DNA of 64,000 nucleotides from a candidate division FCPU426 bacterium (GTDB taxonomy: Bacteria; Oederibacteriota; PGYV01; Palsa-1178): positions 128,001 to 192,000 of the forward strand of contig CAWIXE010000003.1 of the NCBI GenBank assembly GCA_963840035.1, written 5' to 3'. Under the pieces are notes generated by a model that ran no database searches, was not told the DNA's origin, and saw only the letters and a program-made list of their open reading frames with translations. Position numbers and translations under genes: made by a program. Below, piece by piece: positions 19,758-29,030 of this stretch; position 1 is the stretch's first letter, and each line of letters starts with the position of its first letter.

Positions 19758-20499
19758 AAAAAGCGAGTACGACCTGCGGGAGAAACTGATATTAAGCGTG
19801 GACCTGGATGACGCGGCCGCGGCGTATAACCTCATAGACAAGCTTGCCGCGTATGTAAAGTATTATAAGATCGGGCTGCAGCTGATCACAAAAGACGGCC
19901 CGCGCATGGTCATGACCCTTAAAAGAAAGGGCCTGAAGATTTTTTATGACGCGAAATTCTACGACATACCGCAGACCGTATATAACGCCGCTTACGAGGC
20001 CACCAGGCTCGGCGTTAACATGATGAACGTGCACGCTTCCGGCGGGCCGGAGATGATAGCCCGCGCCAAGGAAGCCATAAACGCGGCCTCTGACAAGCTG
20101 CAGGTGGAAAAGCCCCTGCTGCTGGCAGTGACCGTGCTTACTTCCATGGAAACAAAAGATTTAAAAAAGATACTTGATGTCAAATTAAGCGCGAAGGATA
20201 TGGTCCTAAGGCTTGCCGCCATGGCGAAAAAAGCCGGGGCAGACGGAGTGGTGTGCTCGCCCCAGGAAATAAAAATGATAAAAAAAGAGCTTGGCGCTGA
20301 TTTTATTGTCGTCACCCCGGGCATCAGGCTGGATAACTCGAAGAAACACGACCAGAAGAGGGTTATGAACCCGAAGGAAGCCATAGCGGCAGGGGCTGAT
20401 TATATAGTTGTCGGAAGGCCCATACTGGAAGCTGATAATAAACTTGAAGCTGTGGAAAAAATATTAAAAATGATAAAAGAGGGATACAACAATGAATAG
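19741..20499 (+). CDS. pyrF: Orotidine-5'-phosphate decarboxylase
   Basis: DAKFYDIPQT, VHASGG, VTVLTS, VTPGIR, DQKR, VVGRPI. Confidence 0.96.
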   Translation: MQKKDKKSEYDLREKLILSVDLDDAAAAYNLIDKLAAYVKYYKIGLQLITKDGPRMVMTLKRKGLKIFYDAKFYDIPQTVYNAAYEATRLGVNMMNVHASGGPEMIARAKEAINAASDKLQVEKPLLLAVTVLTSMETKDLKKILDVKLSAKDMVLRLAAMAKKAGADGVVCSPQEIKMIKKELGADFIVVTPGIRLDNSKKHDQKRVMNPKEAIAAGADYIVVGRPILEADNKLEAVEKILKMIKEGYNNE

Positions 20500-21079
20500 C
20501 GAAAAAGTACTGGCAGTATTCAGGAAAGCAAACTCACTTCTGGCAGGGCACTTTCTTCTGACCTCCGGCAAGCACTCGAGCGTGTACCTGGAAAAGTTCA
20601 TGGTATTGCAGCAGCCAAAGTCCACGGAAAAACTGTGCAAGCAGATAGCAAACCACTTTAAGAAGAAAAAAATAGACGTTGTACTGGGCGCCGCTGTCGG
20701 CGGGATTATCATAGCGTATGAAACGGCCAGGCACCTGGGCACGCGCGCCATATTTATGGAGCGGGAGGAAGGCAAGCTCAAACTGCGCAGGAACTTTGAG
20801 ATAAAGGAAGGCGAGAATGTACTCATAGTGGAGGACATTGTGACTACCGGCGGATCGGTACAGGAACTACTTGATGAGCTTAAAGCCAGCCATAAGTGCA
20901 ATGTCGCGGGCATAGGCATATTCATAGACCGCAGCAACGGGAAGGCTGACTTTGGAGTGGCAGACACATACGCCCTGGCAAAGCTGGACGTAAAAGCGTA
21001 TGACGAGAAAGAGTGCCCGCTGTGCAAGGAAGGCACGCCGCTTACAAAAAGGGGAAGCAAGTACCTGGCAAAAAAGTAG
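20492..21079 (+). CDS. pyrE: Orotate phosphoribosyltransferase
   Basis: GHFLLTSGKHS, VEDIVTTGGS; adjacent to pyrF. Confidence 0.95.
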   Translation: MNSEKVLAVFRKANSLLAGHFLLTSGKHSSVYLEKFMVLQQPKSTEKLCKQIANHFKKKKIDVVLGAAVGGIIIAYETARHLGTRAIFMEREEGKLKLRRNFEIKEGENVLIVEDIVTTGGSVQELLDELKASHKCNVAGIGIFIDRSNGKADFGVADTYALAKLDVKAYDEKECPLCKEGTPLTKRGSKYLAKK

Positions 21080-21138
21080 GATTTTAAATTGCGGTTTGTG
21101 GTAATATGGAATTAATGCTGTGATAGTAACAAGTTTGT

Positions 21139-21245
21139 TGTCATTGCGAGGAGCCGTTTTTGTTTCACGGCGACGAAGCAATCTTGTCAAAAACAGCGGG
21201 ATTGCTTCGTCGGCATGGATCTGAAGGCGCCTCCTCGCAATGGCA
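21139..21245. repeat. Palindromic MITE/RPE-like element (GTCATTGCGAG...GAAGCAATC family), copy 1
   Basis: tgtcattgcgaggagccg...gacgaagcaatc / gattgcttcgtc...cctcctcgcaatggca. Confidence 0.85.
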
Positions 21246-21308
21246 CGGTTTATTTGTTGCAACAGGCAGAAAAGAAGCATAAAACTGATTGGTGCGCGGA
21301 GGTTTTGA

Positions 21309-22595
21309 ATGAAAATTTGCGTAATAGGAACCGGTTACGTCGGGCTGGTAACGGGTGTGTGCATAGCTGACCTCGGAAATAATATCACATGCGTCGACAT
21401 TGACGAGAAAAAAATAAATAACCTGAAAAAAGGCATACTTCCCATATATGAGCCGGGGCTTGACGACCTGCTCAAGCGCAATAAAAAAAGGATCAAGTTT
21501 ACGACCAGCATCAAAGACGGTATAAGGGAAGCGTCCATTATCTTTATCGCGGTCGGAACCCCGCCCACAAAAACGGGCGAAGCTGACCTGACTTTTGTAA
21601 AGTCCGTCGCGAAAGAGATAGGCAAAAATATGAAATCCAGCAAAATTATTGTGGACAAGTCCACTGTACCTGCCGGAACCGGCGACATAGTCGAAAGCAT
21701 CATAGAGGAATACTCAAAGGGAAAATATAAGTTTGATGTCGCGTCATGCCCCGAGTTTTTAAAAGAGGGAAGCGCGATAAATGACTTTATGAATCCTGAC
21801 AGGGTTGTGATTGGGGCCAAAAGGAAGGAAGCCGCGGAAAAAGTCGCGGAGATATTCAAGCCGCTTAACACAAAGATAATAATATCCGACATCAGGAGCG
21901 CGGAGATGATAAAACACGCGTCAAATACCTTCCTTGCCATGAAGATATCATTTATAAACGAAGTGGCGAACATCTGCGAGAGGGTGGGAGCTGACGTCGA
22001 GACAGTCGCCAACGGAATGGGGCTCGACAAGAGGATTGGCAGGATGTTTTTAAACGCGGGCGCGGGATACGGCGGTTCCTGTTTTCCCAAGGACGTCGCG
22101 GCCCTGCAGTGCATAGCAAGAAGCGAGAACTACGAGCCCATACTTTTAAGCGCGGTCATGGAAGTTAACAGGCAGCAGAGGAAAGTGCTCCTGAACAAGA
22201 TAAAAAACATGATGGGGACCCTGGAAGGCAGGCAGATAGGCGTCCTCGGAATTGCTTTTAAGCCGAATACCGACGACATAAGGGACGCTGTTGCCATAGA
22301 CATAATAGAAGCGCTCCTTGAAAAGGGATGCAGGATAAAAGCGTACGACCCGGTTGCCATGCCGAACGCGAAAAAAGCGCTAAAAGGCGTTACGTTCTCA
22401 AAGGACGCTTATGCCGCGGCTGAGAATGCGGAATGCCTTGTCATACTTACCGAATGGAACGAGTTCAAGGAACTTGACATAAAGAAGATAAAAAGCCTTA
22501 TGAAAAAACCGGCCATTGTGGACGGAAGGAACATCTACGACCCGGCGAAGATGAAGAAGATGGGGTTTGAGTATACGGGGATAGGAAGAAACTAA
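21309..22595 (+). CDS. ugd: UDP-glucose 6-dehydrogenase
   Basis: IGTGYVGL, KSTVP, PEFLKEG, GYGGSCFPKD, AFKPNTDD. Confidence 0.95.
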   Translation: MKICVIGTGYVGLVTGVCIADLGNNITCVDIDEKKINNLKKGILPIYEPGLDDLLKRNKKRIKFTTSIKDGIREASIIFIAVGTPPTKTGEADLTFVKSVAKEIGKNMKSSKIIVDKSTVPAGTGDIVESIIEEYSKGKYKFDVASCPEFLKEGSAINDFMNPDRVVIGAKRKEAAEKVAEIFKPLNTKIIISDIRSAEMIKHASNTFLAMKISFINEVANICERVGADVETVANGMGLDKRIGRMFLNAGAGYGGSCFPKDVAALQCIARSENYEPILLSAVMEVNRQQRKVLLNKIKNMMGTLEGRQIGVLGIAFKPNTDDIRDAVAIDIIEALLEKGCRIKAYDPVAMPNAKKALKGVTFSKDAYAAAENAECLVILTEWNEFKELDIKKIKSLMKKPAIVDGRNIYDPAKMKKMGFEYTGIGRN

Positions 22596-22596
22596 T

Positions 22597-22680
22597 AAAC
22601 TTGAAACTTAAAGCTGAAAACTGAAAATTAGAACGGATTGTCTTAGTCTCAACTTTAAGTTTTCAATTTTAAACTTTAAG
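22597..22680. repeat. Heptamer-periodic inverted repeat (AAACTGA-type)
   Basis: aaacttg aaactta aagctga aaactga ... tcaactt taagttt tcaattt taaactt taag. Confidence 0.8.
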
Positions 22681-22698
22681 ATAAAACGAGGTGTAAAG

Positions 22699-22977
22699 AT
22701 GTCAAAGAACAAAAACAAAGAAACAAAGCAGGCTGCGCCGGTAAAAGAGGGCGGGGAGTTTACTTTTAAGGATTACTTTTATGTGAACCTGATGTTCTGG
22801 GGATTCCTCCTCGTGGTGGCGCTTATTGTATATTTTACCGCCGGCGCGAAATGGGATCCGATCATGCAGAATGTTTTTACATTCATATTCCTGGTTTTCG
22901 GGTTAGGATTTACGGGTGTCTCGGTATTTGACGCCATCTATGAAAAACTTTCAAAAGGCAGCGCTGATGAGAAATAA
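22699..22977 (+). CDS. Hypothetical 2-TM membrane protein
   Basis: GAGGTG RBS; two hydrophobic helices. Confidence 0.75.
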   Translation: MSKNKNKETKQAAPVKEGGEFTFKDYFYVNLMFWGFLLVVALIVYFTAGAKWDPIMQNVFTFIFLVFGLGFTGVSVFDAIYEKLSKGSADEK

Positions 22978-23716
22978 GTTTTTCATCATAGCGGCGCTTC
23001 TTTTATCCGCGGCGGCAATTAACGCGGAGACCATGATCTTAGAGGATGAGTCACCAAGGCAGGCCCCGGTACCCGGAGCCACAGCCGTAAAAACGGCGGT
23101 TGTTAAGCCTGCTGCCACGGCGGCTATTCAGCCTGCGCAGGTAAAACCGGCAGTTACAGCGGCAGTACAGCCCACACAGGTGAAACCCGCCCCAACGGCC
23201 CAGCCGACGCAGTTTCCGGCCGAGGATTTAAAGCCGAGGATTGAAGCGCTTAAGAATTCGCTAGATGCCATAAAAACCCAGGCAGAGGCAAACGCGGCGC
23301 TGGTAAAGGAAATGCAGGAGAATCTGAAAAAGGTTGAATCGCGTTCGCTGGAAACCCAGACCACCGTGGAAAACCTCGACCTGCTTAAGTCAAAAGTTCT
23401 TACCCTTGAGGAAAAGGGCTCGGAAACACGCGCGTCCATAGAAAAATATTCGAAGGATTTTGACTCCATGAAAGAATCGGTAAAGTCAAACGTGGATAAA
23501 CTGCAGGGATGGAACGACATACTTGAAGTCCTTAAAAAACAGATAAATGACAATGAACTTGAGGTCGCCAAAATAAAAAAGACCATAAATGACGTAAAAG
23601 GCAAATACGGCGACCAGGATGAGAACATGTTCAGTTCCATTCTGAAATGGCCGTATGCCGGTTTCACGGCGCTGGTGATTTCGATAGTGGCTTTAAGCGT
23701 GGCGATAGCGAAGTAA
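22967..23716 (+). CDS. Exported coiled-coil protein with P/A/T-rich linker and C-terminal TM anchor
   Basis: Signal peptide MRNKFFIIAALLL, VKPA/QPTQ repeats, heptad-rich middle, C-terminal TM. Confidence 0.75.
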   Translation: MRNKFFIIAALLLSAAAINAETMILEDESPRQAPVPGATAVKTAVVKPAATAAIQPAQVKPAVTAAVQPTQVKPAPTAQPTQFPAEDLKPRIEALKNSLDAIKTQAEANAALVKEMQENLKKVESRSLETQTTVENLDLLKSKVLTLEEKGSETRASIEKYSKDFDSMKESVKSNVDKLQGWNDILEVLKKQINDNELEVAKIKKTINDVKGKYGDQDENMFSSILKWPYAGFTALVISIVALSVAIAK

Positions 23717-23740
23717 GGTGTGATGAAGCGGGATTAAGGC

Positions 23741-23806
23741 AGTTTTAAGTTTTTAGTTTTAAGATAGGTCTTCAACATCTTAAAACTTAAAACTTAAAAC
23801 TTAAAA
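23741..23806. repeat. Heptamer-periodic inverted repeat (TAAAACT-type)
   Basis: agtttta agttttt agtttta agat ... atct taaaact taaaact taaaact taaaa. Confidence 0.85.
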
Positions 23807-23827
23807 TCTGTGTTTAAAGGAGCAAAA

Positions 23828-24689
23828 ATGCCGTTTAGCATGACCGGTTGGGGGACTTACAGGGCTGGAAAATATACCATTAACTTAAAGGGGCTTAATT
23901 CAAAATATAAGGAAGTGGTGCTTCACCTGCCTCAGGAATTCTTTGAGGCTGAGCCGTATATATATAAATTTCTCAATGACAGTGTGACCCGCGGCAGGGT
24001 GGACATGTTTGTGAACCTTGACAAGAGCAACCTTCAAAAACACGTCCATGTAAATGAAGGGTTGTTTAAGGAGGCATATGCTTCACTGACGAAACTCATG
24101 AAAAAGTCAAAGATAAAAGGCGAGATACCGGTACAGACCGTGCTCAATTCGGTGGAAGGCATCATCATGGTAAAGGACGCCGAAGCAAAGGACTCTTTCT
24201 CGTGGAAAAAGATAAAACCCGCGGTAGAGGCGGCATTGGCGGATTTCATGAAAATGAAGGAAAAGGAAGCGCAGGGCCATGTGGCGGACATAGAAGAAAG
24301 GCTTGCTATAATAGAAAAAGAGACCGAGAAGCATAAAAAAGATGTATGTTGATTTCAAGGAAGAATACATAATCAAGACAAGAGAACGTCTTGAGGTTGT
24401 AATGGCCAAGGAAAACAGGCAGGGATTTTTAAATACAGAGGCTGTCGAAGTCCTGGATAAATACAACATAACCGAGGAACTCGTAAGGATAGGCTCGCAT
24501 GTAAAACAGGCGTTGTCGATATTAAAATCACCGGCCGCGGGCAGGAAACTTGATTTTCTTGCCCAGGAGTTTTACAGGGAAGCAAACACCATCGGCTCCA
24601 AGATAAACAACGCTAAGATAGCGCACGCGGTAATAGTGCTGAAAGAAAATACGGAAAAGATCAGGGAACAGGCGATGAATCTCGAATAA
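23828..24689 (+). CDS. yicC: YicC/YloC family endoribonuclease, split into two frames (23828-24352 and 24342-24689)
   Basis: SMTGWG, NSKY, RGRVD in the first ORF; ITEELVR, GRKLDFLAQEFYREANTIGSK, EKIREQAMNLE in the second; one-base frame offset. Confidence 0.88.
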
Positions 24690-24775
24690 AATTACCAATT
24701 ACTAATGACTAATTACCAATAAAGTACAGGTAATCCCGCAGTTTATTGGTAATTAGTAATTGGTAATTAGTAATT
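24690..24775. repeat. Heptamer-periodic inverted repeat (AATTACC-type)
   Basis: aattacc aattact aatgact aattacc aataaa ... tttatt ggtaatt agtaatt ggtaatt agtaatt. Confidence 0.9.
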
Positions 24776-24789
24776 ACGCGGAGGTAATT

Positions 24790-25065
24790 TTGCTGTTGAA
24801 TGTAGGCTTTGACAACGCGGTTGTAATCGACAGGATTATTGCCATAATCGATGTAAGTTCAACACCCGTGAAAAGGATGATAGAGGACGCCAGGAAAAAT
24901 TTTCTTCTGGTGGACGCGACCCACGGCAAGAAAATAAAGTCGGTTGTTGTGATGGATTCAAACCACTGTGTTTTATCGGCGATACTGCCGGAAACGCTTA
25001 TCTTAAGATGCGGCAACAGGGATAAACAGCCTGATAAAAAAATAAAGGAACCGGATAAAAAATGA
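24790..25065 (+). CDS. remA: RemA / DUF370 family regulator
   Basis: LNVGFDNAV, SSTPVKR, LVDATHGKK; GGAGGT RBS before TTG; yicC-remA-gmk-rpoZ synteny. Confidence 0.88.
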   Translation: MLLNVGFDNAVVIDRIIAIIDVSSTPVKRMIEDARKNFLLVDATHGKKIKSVVVMDSNHCVLSAILPETLILRCGNRDKQPDKKIKEPDKK

Positions 25066-25643
25066 AGAACAAGGGAATAGTATTCGTTGTTTCCGCCCCT
25101 TCCGGGACAGGGAAAACAACGGTAATAAACGAATTTCTCCGTACTCATAAGAGCGATTTTACGGTGTCTGTTTCCGTAACCACCAGGCATCCGCGCGCCG
25201 GCGAGGTTGACGGCAGCCATTATTACTTTTTTACAAAGGAAAAGTTCAGGGAATACGTCAAAAAGGGCAGGTTTCTGGAATACGCGCCGGTCCTTGATAA
25301 CTATTATGGCACCTTAAAATCTACGGTTATAAAGTCCACTGTGGCCGGAAAAAATGTTATAATGGACATTGACGTGCAGGGAGCCAGGCAAATAAAGGCA
25401 AAAATGAAGGATTGCGTAACGGTATTTATCATACCCCCTTCCTTCAGGGTTTTGGAGAAAAGGCTCAAAGGCCGCAAGACGGAAACAGCTGAAAACATTA
25501 GGAAAAGGCTCAATCTGGCAAAAAAAGAATTGAAAGAACGCGGAAAGTATGATTATATAATAATGAACCAGGACCTTAAGGAGGCTACCGGATACCTGGA
25601 GGCTATATACGCTTTGGAGCGGTTTAAGAGGTACGTAGTTTAG
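25062..25643 (+). CDS. gmk: Guanylate kinase
   Basis: SAPSGTGKTT, TTRHPRAGEVDG, DIDVQG. Confidence 0.96.
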   Translation: MKNKGIVFVVSAPSGTGKTTVINEFLRTHKSDFTVSVSVTTRHPRAGEVDGSHYYFFTKEKFREYVKKGRFLEYAPVLDNYYGTLKSTVIKSTVAGKNVIMDIDVQGARQIKAKMKDCVTVFIIPPSFRVLEKRLKGRKTETAENIRKRLNLAKKELKERGKYDYIIMNQDLKEATGYLEAIYALERFKRYVV

Positions 25644-25646
25644 CAG

Positions 25647-25760
25647 GTCATTGCGAGGAGGCGTTTTAGCTATTTGCCGACGAAGCAATCCTGCTGTTGT
25701 AATACGTAAAAAGCGAGATTGCTTCGTCGCCATGGATCTAAGGCGGCTCCTCGCAATGAC
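25647..25760. repeat. Palindromic MITE/RPE-like element, copy 2
   Basis: gtcattgcgaggaggcg...gacgaagcaatc / gattgcttcgtc...ggctcctcgcaatgac. Confidence 0.85.
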
Positions 25761-25816
25761 AGACTTTGAAATCACAGGCTGGCGGTCAAACCGCGGCTAA
25801 AACTGAAGGAGCACAT

Positions 25817-26044
25817 ATGAAAAAGTTTGATTTTACAATTCAGGACCTGAAATCCAAGATCGGAAACAAGTACGCCGCTGTTATCATCATTGCCGCAAGG
25901 GCAAAGGCCATAAGGGAAAATCCGGCCGATGTAGATGAGACAGACAGGAAGAAAAAAGCCACCGTAACTGCGGTTAAAGAGTTCTTAAACGACAAGATTA
26001 AGTTCCCTGAATTTGACCTTGAAAAAATAAACATCGGGGATTAA
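25817..26044 (+). CDS. rpoZ: RNA polymerase omega subunit
   Basis: NKYAAVIIIAARAK, KATVTAVKEF; between gmk and coaBC. Confidence 0.88.
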   Translation: MKKFDFTIQDLKSKIGNKYAAVIIIAARAKAIRENPADVDETDRKKKATVTAVKEFLNDKIKFPEFDLEKINIGD

Positions 26045-26051
26045 ACCTAAT

Positions 26052-27244
26052 ATGACACGCGTTGTCCTCGGCATTACAGGCGGGATAGCCGCGTACAAGA
26101 CCCCGGACCTCGTAAGGATGCTCACGGGGGACGGCATTGAGACCCTGTGCGTCATGACAAAGGAAGCCAGGGAATTTGTAACGCCGCTTACATTGCGTAC
26201 CTTGTCAGGCAATCCGGTTTTTGAAGACATGTTCTTTGAGTCCAAAAACCCGGGCTCAAACGTCACCCATATAGGCCTTGCGCAGAACTGCTCCCTTATC
26301 ATCATTGCCCCGGCTACGGCTAATGTTATCGGAAAGATAGCCAACGGCATCGCGGACGACCTTTTAACCACCACTGTAATGGCCACGGACAAGAAAGTGC
26401 TTATAGCCCCGGCCATGAACACCAAAATGTGGGAAAACCCGATAGTCAGGCAGAATGTTGAAAAGCTGAAAAAACTCGGGTACATATTCATAGGCCCGGG
26501 CAAAGGCGAGCTTGCCTGCGGCGATTACGGCGACGGGCGCATGGAAGAACCGGGAAAAATATTTGAGAAAGCAAAGTCATTATTAAAAAAAAAATAGCTG
26601 ACACTTCCAGCCCGAAAAAAACAATACTCATAACCTCCGGGGCCACCCGCGAGTATATTGATTCAGTCCGTTTTATTTCAAACCCTTCATCCGGAAAAAC
26701 CGGTTATTACCTTGCCATGGAAGCGGTATCGCGCGGATATAAGGTGATATTCATAACCGGCACATCGGGCGCCAGGCCTGAGGGCGCTGACGTAGTGGAA
26801 ACGGAATCAGCTGCGGACATGTTCGCCGCTGTGATGGAAAATTATAAAAAAGCCGACATCATCATAGGCGCCGCTGCAGTCGGGGATTTTACGGCAGACA
26901 GGGCAGCCGGCAAGATAAAAAGAAAAGGCGCTATGACACTGGAATTAAAACCCACCAAAGACATTATGGCCGCAGTCGGCAAAAAGAAGGGACGCCGGGT
27001 GCTCGTGGGTTTTTCCGCTGAAGCCGGGCATATGCGCGGCGAGGCAATCAGGAAAATATCCGCAAAGAACCTCGACATGGCGGTCTTTAACGACATTACT
27101 AAAAAAGGCGCCGGGTTCGGGTCTGACAACAATGAGATTGAGATAATAGGCAGGGACGGAAAAAAACTTTACAAAGGCGCCGGACCCAAGAGCAAGCTGG
27201 CCGGGATAATACTTGATTTTGCCGGAAAGGCCGGATTAAAATGA
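26052..27244 (+). CDS. coaBC: Bifunctional CoaC/CoaB, frameshifted (-1) at an A10 run at the domain junction
   Basis: CoaC: GITGGIAAYK, APATAN, PAMNTKMW, LACGDYGDGRM (stops at 26597). CoaB in the -1 frame: ITSGATREYIDSVRFISNPSSGKTG, AAAVGDF, VGFSAE. Confidence 0.9.
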
Positions 27245-28902
27245 AAAAAACAGCCCTTCTGATAATGTTAATGTTCATGGCGGGAGCGGTTTTCTGCGCT
27301 GCCAATAAAGTATCGGGGCTTCCAAAGCACGGCGGGGAAGTGCTGGTAATTTATAAAAATGTTTTCAGCGAGGCGGACATAAGCGGTTTCCTGAAGAACC
27401 ACCCTTCAAAAGATGCTTCAAGAGTTTCAATTATTTCAACATTTGAAAACTATTACGGCCTGACAAAACAGCCGGATCCGCAGGGGAATACCCTTTTTGT
27501 CCGTTATAAAATAGCTGACCCCGGCGCAATGGACACGGTTTTATCAGCGCTTAAATCAGAGGCATTAGTGGCGGATGCCCAGCCTAATTTTATCAGGCAC
27601 GCGCTTTATATGGGGGATTACCCGTTAATCCCGGGCGGGCCGAATGATACTTTCTATCAGAATAAAAACCAGTGGGGTTTCTCGCAGGTAAGGGCTGATA
27701 AAGCTTTTGCAGCGGGGCTTATACCATTCACGGCATCTCCCGTAAAAGTTACGGTGGCTGTCCTGGATACAGGTATTTATTTCAACCATGTGGATTTGAT
27801 AGGAGTGACCGTAACCGGCAGGAACATACTCTCGCCAGGAGATGAACCCCTTGACGATGATACAGGTTCAAGGGGAGGCCATGGAACGAGGCTTTCCGGC
27901 ATCATAGCGGCAAACACAAATAATAGCGGAATAGGGATAGCCGGTTCGGCATACTGTAATGTAACTTGGACAAGCAGGGTAGTTATAATGCCGGTTAAAG
28001 TACTGGACGCTACCGGCTCTGGCACTGATTCTGACATATATGAGGGAATAGTGTGGGCTGTGGACAACGGAGCAAAGGTCATAAATTTGAGCCTTGGCAG
28101 CCCTGATGGCGGAATAATACTGCAGACAGCCGTTAATTACGCGTACGACAATAATGTGGTGGTCGTGGCGACCACAGGCAATGACGCGTCGCAGACATTT
28201 TTTCCCGCGGGATACTCGACCGTCATCGCAGTAGGCGCGACTGACCTTGTTGCCGATATAAACGGAAATACGCATGATATCAGCGCTGATTTTTCCAACT
28301 TCGGCAAGGTTGACGTGTCGGCGCCCGGCGTGGATATTAAAAGCTGTATGAACAGTTCCACAACTTCCTATAGTGTGCTGGGGGACATGTCTTCGGACGG
28401 AACATCATATGCTTCGCCGTTTGTAGCGGGCTTAGCCGGACTCATACTGTTAAAGTATCCCGGATTAAACCCCGGGGAAGTAAGGGATATAATAACAAAA
28501 ACAAGCGACGACGCCGGAGCTGCCGGGTATGATAAATACTTTGGCTGGGGCAGGGTTAACTTTTACAGGGCCCTGACACTGGACAAAAAGATGAATATAA
28601 ATCCGTCAATTAAAACATTCAACTGGCCCAACCCCTTCTCCCCGGAAATGGAAGGGTTTACAAACATCGTATTTATCCCTGAAAAAGCCGGCAACATAAA
28701 AATTACCATTTATGACGGCGGCGGGGATGTGGTCTGGGAAAATGATATAAACAGCGGCGCCGTAACGCCGGGCGCGTATAATACCGTCAAATGGGACGGC
28801 CTTAATAAGGAAGCCAGAAAAGTTGCGAACGGAACATATTTTTATGTGGTAAAGCAGGGAAGCGGTTTATTCGGGAAAAACAAGATAACGGTACTGCATT
28901 AA
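27241..28902 (+). CDS. Secreted S8 subtilisin-like protease with C-terminal FlgD-Ig/T9SS-like sorting domain
   Basis: Catalytic triad LDTG, HGT, GTSYASP; C-terminal NWPNPF...IYD...WDG...NGTYFY. Confidence 0.9.
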   Translation: MKKTALLIMLMFMAGAVFCAANKVSGLPKHGGEVLVIYKNVFSEADISGFLKNHPSKDASRVSIISTFENYYGLTKQPDPQGNTLFVRYKIADPGAMDTVLSALKSEALVADAQPNFIRHALYMGDYPLIPGGPNDTFYQNKNQWGFSQVRADKAFAAGLIPFTASPVKVTVAVLDTGIYFNHVDLIGVTVTGRNILSPGDEPLDDDTGSRGGHGTRLSGIIAANTNNSGIGIAGSAYCNVTWTSRVVIMPVKVLDATGSGTDSDIYEGIVWAVDNGAKVINLSLGSPDGGIILQTAVNYAYDNNVVVVATTGNDASQTFFPAGYSTVIAVGATDLVADINGNTHDISADFSNFGKVDVSAPGVDIKSCMNSSTTSYSVLGDMSSDGTSYASPFVAGLAGLILLKYPGLNPGEVRDIITKTSDDAGAAGYDKYFGWGRVNFYRALTLDKKMNINPSIKTFNWPNPFSPEMEGFTNIVFIPEKAGNIKITIYDGGGDVVWENDINSGAVTPGAYNTVKWDGLNKEARKVANGTYFYVVKQGSGLFGKNKITVLH

Positions 28903-28921
28903 AGTGCGTATGAGAAAAAGA

Positions 28922-29030
28922 GAGACAAGAGACTGGAGACTGGAGTAAAAATGAAAACTAAAGAAATAGCAGCAAAAGTAGTTGATGTTTTTTTTGCATT
29001 TATCCTTACTCCTGTCTCCAGTCTCCTGTC
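28922..29030. repeat. Heptamer-periodic inverted repeat (GAGACTG-type) straddling the start of the PorV-like gene
   Basis: gagacaa gagactg gagactg gagtaa ... ttactc ctgtctc cagtctc ctgtct. Confidence 0.85.

Noticed and set aside
24350..24352. TGA as selenocysteine or a recoded codon in yicC
   Set aside because: Homology continues in a different frame, and TGA is a normal stop elsewhere (mtaB upstream gene, clpX).
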